Of a DNA stretch of 64,000 nucleotides, positions 55,036-64,000 are shown in pieces. The stretch is from an uncultured Actinomycetota bacterium (GTDB taxonomy: Bacteria; Actinomycetota; Thermoleophilia; Gaiellales; Gaiellaceae): the NCBI GenBank assembly GCA_963766575.1, contig CAVYAR010000001.1:581426-645425 (forward strand), given 5' to 3'. The notes under the pieces are model-generated. The model had not been told where the DNA came from. It searched no databases and saw only the letters and a program-made list of their open reading frames with translations. The position numbers and the translations under genes are program-made. Position 1 is the stretch's first letter. Every line of letters starts with the position of its first letter.

Positions 55036-55347
55036 CTACATGACCTCGAAGGTCTCGTAGACGTCGACGCCGCCGCCGTCTGCGAGGACAGGACAGCCGG
55101 CCGCCTTGCTCGTGGCGTCCTCGAGGCTCGAGGCCTCGATCACCGAGTAGCCGGTGAGGCCGGAGCTCGCGGCGCCGTTGGAGCCGCTGGCCGTCACGCC
55201 GGACGAGGGGCCAAAGGGGTTCCCCGCATCGACGATCGCCGGCCCGAGCCGGCCGAACCAGGCTCCCCACGCGGCCATTGCGGCCTCGCGCGCCTCGTCG
55301 GTCTCGGCCACGCCGCCGCCCTTGTATGCGAACAGGTACTTCGCCAT
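55036..55347 (-). CDS. YciI-like (DGPF domain) protein
   Basis: 103 aa. MAKYLFAYKGG start and C-terminal LTGYSVIEASSLEDATSKAAGCP...VDVYE pattern typical of the YciI superfamily. Confidence 0.55.
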   Translation of the reverse strand: MAKYLFAYKGGGVAETDEAREAAMAAWGAWFGRLGPAIVDAGNPFGPSSGVTASGSNGAASSGLTGYSVIEASSLEDATSKAAGCPVLADGGGVDVYETFEVM

Positions 55348-55430
55348 CGTCTCTCTCCTTTTCGTTGTCGTGATCGTGTGTGCAAGCTATGGCCCCGGCG
55401 CCCCCGGTGTCCGGCGCCGTATCCAGGTTG

Positions 55431-55901
55431 TTACGAGCGCGGCGCGCTCCACGGATCCGGGCCGGGATCGCGGCCTTCGGCCACGGTTGCGAGCCTTCCG
55501 AGGTAGTGCTCCCACCCGAGGCCGTGGCTCTCGGCGGGCTCGCCGGCGGGCAGACCGCGGTGGACGAGTTCGAGCTTCGTCCCGGAGCCGTCCGCGACGA
55601 GCGAGATCTCGACCGTGGTCGACCCCGCCGGGACGAGCTCGGGGCCGGCGCCGCCCGACTCCCACCCCCAGGTGTACACGAGCCGCCGCGGGGGATCGAG
55701 CTCGACGAACTCCCCGCTCGTAATGTTCCCCGACCCGACCTCGATCCGCAACAGACCGCCCGGCCGGGGATCGAAGCTGAGCGCCTGCCCCCACCACGTC
55801 GTCGCCTTGCCAGGGTCGGTGAGGAGCTCCCATACGGTCTCCGGGCTCGCCGCGATCGCGATCTCGCGGCGGACGTCCGTCCGCTCAGTCGTCCGTTCCA
55901 T
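55431..55901 (-). CDS. SRPBCC family protein (AHSA1/Aha1-like)
   Basis: REIAIAASPETVWELLTDP...WW and LVYTWGWE motifs. 17-nt overlap with the upstream ArsR gene, a classic ArsR-AHSA1 pair. Confidence 0.8.
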   Translation of the reverse strand: MERTTERTDVRREIAIAASPETVWELLTDPGKATTWWGQALSFDPRPGGLLRIEVGSGNITSGEFVELDPPRRLVYTWGWESGGAGPELVPAGSTTVEISLVADGSGTKLELVHRGLPAGEPAESHGLGWEHYLGRLATVAEGRDPGPDPWSAPRS

Positions 55902-56205
55902 GTTTCTTCCTCTCCTCTCGTTCCGCCTCCCGTTTGAGCGCCTCGAGCCGCGCGTCCCAGAACTCGTCGAGAAAGGCCTTGAGCTCGGCGAGCCCTTCGG
56001 GACGGGCGCGGTAGAGACGCCTCGTGCCGTTGCGTCGTTCGTCCACGAGCCCGGCCTCCCTCAGGACTGTCAGGTGCTGTGAGACCGCAGGCCGAGACAC
56101 CTCGAAGTGCGAGGCGATCTCCCCCGCCGACAGCTCCTCGTCTCGCACGAGCGTGAGGATCCGGCGGCGGCGCGGTTCCGCCAGTGCCTTGAGCGCGGTC
56201 TCCAT
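55885..56205 (-). CDS. ArsR/SmtB family transcriptional regulator
   Basis: LKALAEPRRRRILTLV...LSAGEIASHFEVSRPAVSQHLTVLREAGLV wHTH. Confidence 0.88.
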   Translation of the reverse strand: METALKALAEPRRRRILTLVRDEELSAGEIASHFEVSRPAVSQHLTVLREAGLVDERRNGTRRLYRARPEGLAELKAFLDEFWDARLEALKREAEREERKKHGTDD

Positions 56206-56215
56206 CGGGCGATAT

Positions 56216-56236
56216 GTAAGCAGTTACTTACGTAAG
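56216..56236. promoter_or_regulatory. candidate ArsR operator: GTAAG-cagtta-CTTACGTAAG (perfect 10-bp palindrome plus an extra half-site)
   Basis: Lies in the AT-rich 93-bp divergent region, 11 nt upstream of the ArsR start codon. Confidence 0.45.
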
Positions 56237-56298
56237 TGTCAACTTAACAACTCACCGTCCTGCCGCCCCGCCGTACGGACGCCTACGATGTCGGAACG

Positions 56299-56994
56299 GT
56301 GTCGTCTGCTGGCAAGTCATCCAGGCATGTGCTCGCGGCGGTCAGCGTCGTCGCGCTCGCCTTTGCCGGCCTCGCGGCCGCTGCCCTGCCGCTCGCACCG
56401 CTCTCGAGCGTCGGCCGCCTGACGCCCGCGCCGGCGCCGGGTCCGCTCGGTCCGGAGGGCGTACCGGTTCCGAAGGCGACCGTCTTCGCGAATCCCGCGA
56501 CTGTGAAGCGCGGCCAGACCGTCGACGGGGTGACGTGCGACGTCAACGAGAAGGTCGCCTTCCACATCCACGCCCACCTGACGCTCTTCATCAAGGGCCG
56601 CGCCTACCGGATCCCCTACGGCGTCGGGATCGGCCCGCAGCTCCAGGGCGTGAACACGGCCCAGGGCCCGTTCGTCACCTCGGGAAGCTGCTTCATGTGG
56701 CTGCACACCCACGCCCTCGACGGGATCATCCACATCGAGGCGCCGAAGCTCCAGACCTTCACCCTCGGCCAGTTCTTCGCCGTCTGGGGCGTGAAGCTGT
56801 CGAAGCTCCGCATCGGCAGCCACCTCGGCAAGGTGACCGCCTTCTACAACAACAAGGTCTGGACGGCCGACCCCACGAAGATCCCGCTGACGAGCGCAGC
56901 CCAGATCCAGCTCGACCTCGGCAAGCCCCTGATCGCCCCGCAACACATCAAGTTCCCGAAGGGGCTAGCCGCGTCGATGCAGAAGACGAAGTAG
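56299..56994 (+). CDS. hypothetical secreted protein (231 aa)
   Basis: Signal-like VLAAVSVVALAFAGLAAAA. His-rich core FHIHAHLTLF...WLHTHALDGIIHIE. No family recognised. Confidence 0.6.
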   Translation: MSSAGKSSRHVLAAVSVVALAFAGLAAAALPLAPLSSVGRLTPAPAPGPLGPEGVPVPKATVFANPATVKRGQTVDGVTCDVNEKVAFHIHAHLTLFIKGRAYRIPYGVGIGPQLQGVNTAQGPFVTSGSCFMWLHTHALDGIIHIEAPKLQTFTLGQFFAVWGVKLSKLRIGSHLGKVTAFYNNKVWTADPTKIPLTSAAQIQLDLGKPLIAPQHIKFPKGLAASMQKTK

Positions 56995-56999
56995 CACCG

Positions 57000-57809
57000 C
57001 TAGAAGGGGAGCTGGACGTCACCGACATCGACGCCCAGCGAGCGAGCCATGCGGACGCCGTGGTCGAGCTCGTCGCGGAGGCGGGCGATGTCGGCGGTGC
57101 GCATCGCGCTGCCGATCCAGGCACGCTCCCGGGGGCGCCAGAGCTCGTGCTCGACGAACACCGGCAGCAGGTCGTTCGCCGCCTTCACGAGCTTGCCCTT
57201 GGTCTGCTTGCTCGCGGTTCGCAGCAGCACCCGCTCGTAGGCGACGCCGGCACCGTGGTGGATGCCGTCGTCGATCGCGAGGCGGTTGCACAGGTTCTCG
57301 AGCACCGTGCCGGGCGAGCTCTTCGCGATCATCCGGAACTTGGGGATGATCAGCCGCTCGAAGAAGACCTGCATCAGGAAGACCTTCTCCTCGAGCGTGT
57401 CGGCGCCGATCACGAGCTTCGCCATCTGGTCGAGATAGGGATCGCGCTCGCCCGGGCCGCCCGAGAGCGCGATCAGCTGGAGCCACGCCTCGGTATGGCG
57501 TGCCTCGTCCTGCACCATCGTCGTGTAGTAGAGCTTCGCGTCGTGATGCGGCGCGAGCGAGAAGAGCTGCGCCGCCATCTCGACCGCAAGCTCGTCGGCC
57601 TGGAGCTGCTGAGTGATCACCGAGCGCCAGACGTCGCGGCGGCGGGCCTGCCGCTGCGGCGAGCCGCGTAGCTCGGGGATGGGCGGCTTGTCGCTCCAGG
57701 GGAGATCCTCGAGCTGCCATTCGACGCGCTTGGCGAGCTTGTAGAAGCGCGCGACATCCTCCTCGCGCTCCTGCTCCGGGCTGACCACGGGTACCTGCTC
57801 TGCTTCCAT
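57000..57809 (-). CDS. ferritin-like di-iron family protein
   Basis: Two E/D-x-x-H motifs in helical context (MVQDEARHTEAW; LAIDDGIHHGAG). Confidence 0.6.
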   Translation of the reverse strand: MEAEQVPVVSPEQEREEDVARFYKLAKRVEWQLEDLPWSDKPPIPELRGSPQRQARRRDVWRSVITQQLQADELAVEMAAQLFSLAPHHDAKLYYTTMVQDEARHTEAWLQLIALSGGPGERDPYLDQMAKLVIGADTLEEKVFLMQVFFERLIIPKFRMIAKSSPGTVLENLCNRLAIDDGIHHGAGVAYERVLLRTASKQTKGKLVKAANDLLPVFVEHELWRPRERAWIGSAMRTADIARLRDELDHGVRMARSLGVDVGDVQLPF

Positions 57810-58040
57810 GGCTGGAGATTATGGCGGTCGGGAGCGCCTCGAACTTGCGGTTAACCCGCCGAGTTCCTATCCTGAGTGAAGTGATGGCCGCGCGCACCCT
57901 GGCGAATGTGAAGTCGACGCTCGACGATGCCTCCAAGGCAGCGCGCTCGAAGGCTCCCCGCTAGTCGGCGATCTCTCCCGCCCCGCCGGCTAGGACGATA
58001 GAAGCGGCGGGGGCCCTTACACCACTGAAAGGCCTCCAAG

Positions 58041-61000
58041 GTGACGCACAGCGCCACTCCCTCCGAACATCCAAGACGACGACGGCCCACCTCACCGGTG
58101 GGGCTGTACGACCCCGCGTTCGAGCACGACTCGTGCGGCGTCGCCTTCGTCGCACAGCTGAACGGGGTCGCCTCGCACGAGACGCTGCAGCGGGCGATTC
58201 GCGCGCTCGAGAACCTCGAGCACCGGGGTGCAGCCGGGGCCGACCCGCTCACCGGTGACGGTGCCGGGATGCTGCTCCAGCTGCCCGACGAGTTCTTCCG
58301 CGCCGTGGTCTCGCAGGAGCTGCCGCCGGCGGGTGCCTACGGGGTGTGCGTCTGCTTCCTGCCCGCCGACGATGACGCTCGCCGGGCAGAGCTCGAGCAG
58401 ATCCTCGTGGACGCGGTCGAGGCAGAGGGCCAGCGGGTGATCGCCTGGCGCGACGTGCCCGTGGAGCTCGAGAACGTCGGCGAGACCGCCAGGGCATCGG
58501 CCCCCGTGATCCGCCAGCTCCTCGTCGCCGCCTCGGACGAGCTCGCCGGCAGCCGCGACGCGTTCGAGCGCAAGCTCTACGTGATCCGCCGGGTCGCCGA
58601 GATCGCCGCCGGGCCGGAGCTGGTGATCCCGAGCTTCTCGGCGCGGACGATCGTCTACAAGGGGATGCTGATGGCGCCCCAGCTCGCGCCGTGCTTCCCC
58701 GACCTGCGCGACGAGCGGATGAAGACGGCGCTCGTCCTGATCCACTCGCGCTTCTCGACGAACACCTTCCCGAGCTGGGAGCTCGCCCATCCCTACCGCT
58801 TCGTCGCCCACAACGGCGAGATCAACACCGTCCGCGGCAATGTCAACTGGATGCGGGCGCGCGAGTCGCAGCTCGCCTCCGAGCTCTTCGGCGACGACCT
58901 CACCAAGGTGCTGCCGGTGGTGCGCCCGGGCGGCTCCGACACCGCGAACTTCGACAACGTCCTCGAGCTGCTCGTGCTCTCGGGCCGGTCGGTGCCGCAC
59001 GCGATGATGATGATGATCCCCGAGGCCTACGACGGCCGTGAGGACCTCCCCGAGGAGCTCCGTGGCTTCTATGCCTTCCACGGCTGCCTGACCGAGCCCT
59101 GGGACGGCCCCGCCTCGATCTCGTTCACCGACGGCACCGTGATCGGCGCGACGCTCGACCGAAACGGCCTGCGCCCCGGCCGCTGGACCGAGACGAAGGA
59201 CGGCTGGGTCGTGCTCGCCTCCGAGACCGGCGTGCTCGACGAGCCGCCCGAGAACGTCCTGCGCAAGGGCCGGCTTCAGCCGGGACATCTGTTCCTGGTC
59301 GACCTCGAGCGCGGCCGGATCGTCGAGGACGCCGAGATCAAGCACGAGATCGCGAGCCGCCAGCCCTACGGCGACTGGTTCCGCGCCGGGATCGTCAACC
59401 TCACCGACCTTCCCGAGCGCCCGCCGCGCGTGCCGCGGGCCGAGCCGCTGCGCTCGCGGCAGCTCGCATTCGGCTACACGCAAGAGGACATGAAGGTCGT
59501 CCTGACGCCGCTTGCGAAGAACGGCGAGGAGCCGATCGGCTCGATGGGCAACGACCTCGCACTCGCCGTTCTCTCCGACCAGCGCCCGCTCCTCTACTCC
59601 TACTTCAAGCAACTCTTCGCCCAGGTCACGAACCCGCCGATCGACTCGACCCGGGAGGCGGTCGTGATGAGCGTCGCGACGAGCGTCGGTTCCGAGCGCA
59701 ACTTGCTCGGCGAGACGCCCGAGCACGCGAGGCAGCTCGTGATCGACCAGCCGATCATCCGCAGCAAGCAGCTCGAGGCGCTTCGCCAGATCGACTCGGA
59801 GCACTTCAAGGCGCACACGATCGACATCACGTGGCCGGTTGCCGAGGGCACCGCCGGCCTCGACGAGGCGCTCGCCCGGATCTGCCGCGAGGCCGACGAG
59901 GCGCTCGTGAACGGCGTCAACATCATCATCCTCTCGGACAGGAACATGGGGCTCGACCGGGTCGCGATCCCGGCGCTCCTCGCCGTCTCCTCGGTGCACC
60001 ACCATCTCGTGCGCGAGGGCACGCGCCTGCAGGCCGGGCTCGTCATCGAGTCGGGCGAGCCGCGCGACGTCCACCAGTTCGCGACGTTGATCGGCTACGG
60101 CGCGGCGGCGATCAACCCCTACGTGATGCTGGAGACGCTCTCGGAGCTCGCGGCGGAGGGCTGGCTCCCGGAGGGGATGACAGCCGACGAGGCGCAGAAG
60201 CAGGCGATCAAGGGGATCAAGAAGGGCCTGCTGAAGACGATCTCGAAGATGGGCATCTCGACGATCCCGTCCTATTGCGGCGCCCAGATCTTCGAGGCGG
60301 TCGGGCTCGACACGGGGCTCGTCGAGCGCCACTTCACCGGCACGCCGTCGCGCATCGGCGGCATCGGCAGCGAGGTACTCGCCCGCGAGGCGCTCGACCG
60401 GCACGCGCGCGCGTACCCGCAGAACGGCGACCTGCTGCCGCTCGGCGGCGTCTACGCCTGGCGCAACGAGGGCGAGTTCCACCAGTGGAACCCCGAGACG
60501 ATCTCGCTACTCCAGCATTCGGTGCGGCACGGCGGCTACGCCTCCTACGAGCAGTTCTCGAAGCTCGTGAACGAGGACGCCGTCCGGCGCGCGACCCTGC
60601 GCGGCCTGCTGCGCTTCCGCCCCGGGACTCCGATCCCGCTCGAGGAGGTCGAGCCGGCCGCCGAGATCGTGAAGCGCTTCTCGACCGGCGCGATGTCGCT
60701 CGGATCGCTCTCGCGCGAGGCACACGAGACGCTCGCGATCGCGATGAACCGCATCGGCGGCAAGTCGAACACCGGTGAGGGCGGCGAGGACCCGTCGCGG
60801 TATGTCCGCGACGCGAACAACGACTCGCGCCGCTCCGCGATCAAGCAGGTCGCCTCCGGCCGCTTCGGGGTGAACATCCACTACCTCACGAACGCGGACC
60901 AGCTCCAGATCAAGATGGCGCAGGGCGCGAAGCCCGGCGAGGGCGGCCAGCTGCCCGGCCACAAGGTCGACGCCTACATCGCGAAGATCCGCTTCACCAC

Positions 61001-62627
61001 GCCGGGTGTCGGCCTGATCTCGCCGCCGCCGCACCACGACATCTACTCGATCGAGGATCTCAAGCAGCTGATCTACGACCTCCGCTCCGCGAACCCGAAG
61101 GCGCAGGTGTCGGTCAAGCTCGTCGCCGAGATGGGCGTCGGCACGGTCGCCGCCGGAGTCGCGAAGTGCAACGCCGATCACGTGCTGATCTCCGGGCACG
61201 ACGGCGGCACCGGCGCCTCGCCGCTCAGCTCGGTCTACTACGCCGGAATCCCCTGGGAGATCGGCCTGGCCGAGACGCAGCAGACGCTCGTGATGAACGA
61301 CCTGCGCTCGCGGATCTGGGTGCAGACCGACGGCCAGCTCAAGACCGGCCGCGACGTCGTGATCGCCGCGCTGCTCGGCGCCGACGAAATGGGCTTCTCG
61401 ACCGCGCCGCTCGTCGCGACCGGCTGCGTGATGATGCGCGCCTGCCACCTGAACACGTGCCCGGTCGGCATCGCGACCCAGGATCCGGTGCTGCGGGAGC
61501 GCTTCGCCGGCGCACCCGAGCACGTCGTCAACTTCTTCTTCTTCGTCGCCGAGGAGGCCCGCAGGATCATGGCCGAGCTCGGGATCGCGAAGTTCGAGGA
61601 TCTGGTCGGCCGGGTCGACCTGCTCTCGGCCGACGAGGCCGTCGAGCACTGGAAGGCCCGCGGGATCGACCTCTCGAACCTGCTTCACATGCCTGACGTG
61701 CCGGCGGGAACGCCGCTGCGCCGGACGCGCGCCCAGGAGCCGACGCTCGACTCGGCCCTCGACTGGGAGCTGATCGGCCTCGCCGAAGCAGCGCTGAAGA
61801 ACCGCGAGCCCGTGACGGCGGAGCTGCCGGTGAGGAACGTCCACCGGGCCGTCGGGGGCCTCCTCTCGCACGCGATTACAGTCGAGCACGGCTTCGAGGG
61901 CCTGCCCGACGGGACGATCCAGTTCACGCTACGCGGGTCGGCCGGGCAGTCGTTCGGCGCGTGGCTCGCGCCCGGCGTCGAGCTGACGCTTTGGGGCGAC
62001 GCGAATGATTACACCGGCAAGGGCCTCTCCGGCGGCACGGTCGCGATCCGTCCGCCCGAGGCGGCGACGTTCGCCGCCGAGGAGAACGTGATCGTCGGCA
62101 ACACGGTTCTGTACGGCGCGACCAAGGGAAAGGCGTTCTTCCGCGGCCTCGCGGGCGAGCGTTTCGCCGTCCGGAACTCGGGCGCCGATGCCGTGGTCGA
62201 GGGCGTCGGCGACCATGGCTGCGAGTACATGACCGGTGGCCACGTGGTCGTGCTAGGACCGACCGGACGCAACTTCGCGGCGGGCATGAGCGGCGGGATC
62301 GCCTACGTGCTCGACGCCGACGGCGGCTTCGCGTCGCGCTGCAACCACGAGCTCGTCGACCTCGAGGACCTCGACGCCGGCGACGAGGCGCTCGTGCGCG
62401 GGCTCGTCGAGGAGCACCTCGAGCGGACGGGCTCCCCGGTCGCTGCACACGTCCTGGAGCGCTTCGACGACCTCGCCTTCGTGAAGGTGATGCCGCGCGA
62501 CTACCGCACCGCGCTCGAATCGATCGCCGCGGGCAACGGCTCGATCCGGTATCCCGACGAGCACGTCGTCTCGAGCGGCGGCGAGGGCTTCGTCACCGCC
62601 GAGGTCGAGAGCGGGTCGTCGGGTTAA
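58041..62627 (+). CDS. gltB: glutamate synthase large subunit
   Basis: 1528 aa. N-terminal amidotransferase [17 protein letters not shown], the FMN/3Fe-4S central domain and a C-terminal GXGXG beta-helix domain. Confidence 0.95.
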   Translation: MTHSATPSEHPRRRRPTSPVGLYDPAFEHDSCGVAFVAQLNGVASHETLQRAIRALENLEHRGAAGADPLTGDGAGMLLQLPDEFFRAVVSQELPPAGAYGVCVCFLPADDDARRAELEQILVDAVEAEGQRVIAWRDVPVELENVGETARASAPVIRQLLVAASDELAGSRDAFERKLYVIRRVAEIAAGPELVIPSFSARTIVYKGMLMAPQLAPCFPDLRDERMKTALVLIHSRFSTNTFPSWELAHPYRFVAHNGEINTVRGNVNWMRARESQLASELFGDDLTKVLPVVRPGGSDTANFDNVLELLVLSGRSVPHAMMMMIPEAYDGREDLPEELRGFYAFHGCLTEPWDGPASISFTDGTVIGATLDRNGLRPGRWTETKDGWVVLASETGVLDEPPENVLRKGRLQPGHLFLVDLERGRIVEDAEIKHEIASRQPYGDWFRAGIVNLTDLPERPPRVPRAEPLRSRQLAFGYTQEDMKVVLTPLAKNGEEPIGSMGNDLALAVLSDQRPLLYSYFKQLFAQVTNPPIDSTREAVVMSVATSVGSERNLLGETPEHARQLVIDQPIIRSKQLEALRQIDSEHFKAHTIDITWPVAEGTAGLDEALARICREADEALVNGVNIIILSDRNMGLDRVAIPALLAVSSVHHHLVREGTRLQAGLVIESGEPRDVHQFATLIGYGAAAINPYVMLETLSELAAEGWLPEGMTADEAQKQAIKGIKKGLLKTISKMGISTIPSYCGAQIFEAVGLDTGLVERHFTGTPSRIGGIGSEVLAREALDRHARAYPQNGDLLPLGGVYAWRNEGEFHQWNPETISLLQHSVRHGGYASYEQFSKLVNEDAVRRATLRGLLRFRPGTPIPLEEVEPAAEIVKRFSTGAMSLGSLSREAHETLAIAMNRIGGKSNTGEGGEDPSRYVRDANNDSRRSAIKQVASGRFGVNIHYLTNADQLQIKMAQGAKPGEGGQLPGHKVDAYIAKIRFTTPGVGLISPPPHHDIYSIEDLKQLIYDLRSANPKAQVSVKLVAEMGVGTVAAGVAKCNADHVLISGHDGGTGASPLSSVYYAGIPWEIGLAETQQTLVMNDLRSRIWVQTDGQLKTGRDVVIAALLGADEMGFSTAPLVATGCVMMRACHLNTCPVGIATQDPVLRERFAGAPEHVVNFFFFVAEEARRIMAELGIAKFEDLVGRVDLLSADEAVEHWKARGIDLSNLLHMPDVPAGTPLRRTRAQEPTLDSALDWELIGLAEAALKNREPVTAELPVRNVHRAVGGLLSHAITVEHGFEGLPDGTIQFTLRGSAGQSFGAWLAPGVELTLWGDANDYTGKGLSGGTVAIRPPEAATFAAEENVIVGNTVLYGATKGKAFFRGLAGERFAVRNSGADAVVEGVGDHGCEYMTGGHVVVLGPTGRNFAAGMSGGIAYVLDADGGFASRCNHELVDLEDLDAGDEALVRGLVEEHLERTGSPVAAHVLERFDDLAFVKVMPRDYRTALESIAAGNGSIRYPDEHVVSSGGEGFVTAEVESGSSG

Positions 62628-62642
62628 TGGGTGAGCTGACCA

Positions 62643-64000
62643 ATGGGTGAGCTGGGCGCGTTCCTGAAGGTCGGCCGGATCGAGAACCCGGAGCGCGCTC
62701 CCGCGGACCGGGTCAACGACTACCACGAGTTCGTCCGCACGCTCGCCGGCACGGAGCTGGCCGAGCAGGGCGCGCGCTGCATGGAGTGCGGCGTGCCGTT
62801 CTGCCACAACGGCTGCCCGGTGAACAACCTCATTCCGGACTGGAACGACCTCGTCTACCGCGACCGCTGGGAGCAGGCGATCGAACAGCTCCACCGGACG
62901 AACAACTTCCCCGACTTCACCGGCCGGCTCTGCCCCGCGCCCTGCGAGGCCGCCTGCGTGCTCGAGATCCGCGAAGGCGAGGCAGTGACGATCAAGCAGA
63001 TCGAGCTCGCGATCATCAACCGCGCGTGGGACGAGGGCTGGGTTCGCCCGCAGCCGCCCCCGCGCGAGTCCGGCCGCTCGGTCGCCGTGATCGGCGCCGG
63101 GCCCGCCGGGATGGCGTGTGCCCAGCAGCTGCGGCGCTCCGGCCACACGGTGACGGTGTTCGAGCGCGACGAGGCAGGCGGCGGGCTCGTCCGCTTCGGC
63201 GTGCCGGACTTCAAGATCGAGAAGACGGTTGTCGAGCGCCGCGTCGAGCAGCTCGCGGCGGAGGGCGTCGTCTTCCGCTTCGGCACCACAGTCGGCATGG
63301 ATGTGCCGGTCGAGGAGCTCGAGGCCTTCGATGCGATCGTGATCGCGACCGGCTCCCGCGTCCCCCGCGACCTGCCGGTTCCCGGCCGTGAGCTCGCGGG
63401 CGTCCACTTCGCAATGGACTACCTCTACCAGCGCAACCGCTTCGTCGCGCGCGAGGAGGGCCCGCTGCCGCTCGGCGCACCCGAGCCTCCGGCCGGCGCC
63501 GCGGTGATCACCGCGATGGGGAAGGACGTGATCGTGATCGGCGGCGGCGACACCGGCGCCGACTGCGTCGCGAATGCCCACCGCGAGGGCGCGGCGTCGG
63601 TCACCCAGATCGAGCTGATCGGCGAGCCGCCGGCCTCCCGCCCCGACCACCTCTCTCCATGGCCGCTCTGGCCGATGAAGCTCCGCGTCCCCTATGCGCT
63701 CAAGGAGGGCGGCTCTCGCGACTTCGCGATCTCGACGACCCACTTCTCGGGCGCGAACGGACACGTGGAGCAGATCCACTGGGCCGCGAACGAGGGCGCC
63801 CCGCCGTTCAAGCTCGTCGACGGCAGCGAAGAGACCCGCGACGCCGGCCTCGTCCTGCTCGCGATGGGCTTCCTCGGCCCCGAGGGCGGCCTGCTCGAGC
63901 AGCTCGGCGTCGAGCGGGACGAGCGAAGCAACGTCAAGACGACGAACTACGAGACGTCGGTGCCCGGCATCTTCGCGGCCGGCGACGCCCGGCGTGGCCA
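62643..64000 (+). CDS. gltD: glutamate synthase small subunit (NADPH), 3' end off-window
   Basis: Manual translation gives MGELGAFLKVGRIENPERAP...CMECGVPFCHNGCPVNN...RLCPAPCEAACV...VAVIGAGPAGMACAQQL...GGGDTGADC. It is not in the ORF track because no stop falls inside the window. Confidence 0.9.
   Translation, partial: MGELGAFLKVGRIENPERAPADRVNDYHEFVRTLAGTELAEQGARCMECGVPFCHNGCPVNNLIPDWNDLVYRDRWEQAIEQLHRTNNFPDFTGRLCPAPCEAACVLEIREGEAVTIKQIELAIINRAWDEGWVRPQPPPRESGRSVAVIGAGPAGMACAQQLRRSGHTVTVFERDEAGGGLVRFGVPDFKIEKTVVERRVEQLAAEGVVFRFGTTVGMDVPVEELEAFDAIVIATGSRVPRDLPVPGRELAGVHFAMDYLYQRNRFVAREEGPLPLGAPEPPAGAAVITAMGKDVIVIGGGDTGADCVANAHREGAASVTQIELIGEPPASRPDHLSPWPLWPMKLRVPYALKEGGSRDFAISTTHFSGANGHVEQIHWAANEGAPPFKLVDGSEETRDAGLVLLAMGFLGPEGGLLEQLGVERDERSNVKTTNYETSVPGIFAAGDARRG

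Noticed and set aside
57884-57964. 26-codon ORF (MAARTLANVKSTLDDASKAARSKAPR) upstream of gltB, followed by a weak hairpin.
   Set aside because: There is no convincing SD, it is too short to judge codon bias in GC-rich DNA, and no glutamate or glutamine codon enrichment suggests a leader-peptide attenuator.

Overview
High-GC (about 70% by eye) chromosomal core region of actinobacterial type. The gene order matches Mycobacterium/Streptomyces housekeeping neighbourhoods. In order: DAK2/Asp23/rpmB; ribH-ribBA-ribE-ribD; rsmB-fmt-def; priA; metK; an ECF sigma factor. Then a long co-directional block gpsA-der-plsC-cmk-aroA-tyrA-DAHP synthase; trpS; rluB; scpB-scpA; lgt; dnaE. The rest is membrane-protein genes, an ABC-2 exporter, a small envelope sugar/glycolipid cluster, an NlpC/P60 peptidase, pepT, an ArsR-AHSA1 pair and gltB-gltD. 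I found no rRNA, tRNA, CRISPR array, transposase, integrase or recognisable defence system. Many long ORFs in the track are Arg/Pro/Gly-rich antisense or off-frame shadows of real genes and were discarded. All product calls rest on motifs I recognise in the translations; no searches were run. Starts were refined by hand where the longest ORF overshoots a conserved N-terminus. Things worth a second look, most interesting first: (1) a ~220-nt element bounded by a perfect 17-bp inverted repeat with nested helices, ending 12 nt before a membrane-protein gene (46516-46735); (2) three 39-bp-spaced copies of a 23-nt double-palindromic repeat downstream of priA; (3) a His/Asp-repeat N-terminal tail on peptide deformylase; (4) metK, whose conserved GHPDK N-terminus has no canonical in-frame start codon; (5) a ~150-aa acidic extension on lumazine synthase; (6) an aldo/keto reductase broken by two +1 frameshifts; (7) an AT-richer 383-bp intergenic island with four 14-15-bp tandem repeats; (8) a 16-nt tandem duplication of the gltD start region. 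None amounts to a convincing novel multi-gene system. The structured element at 46.5 kb is the best candidate for something undescribed.
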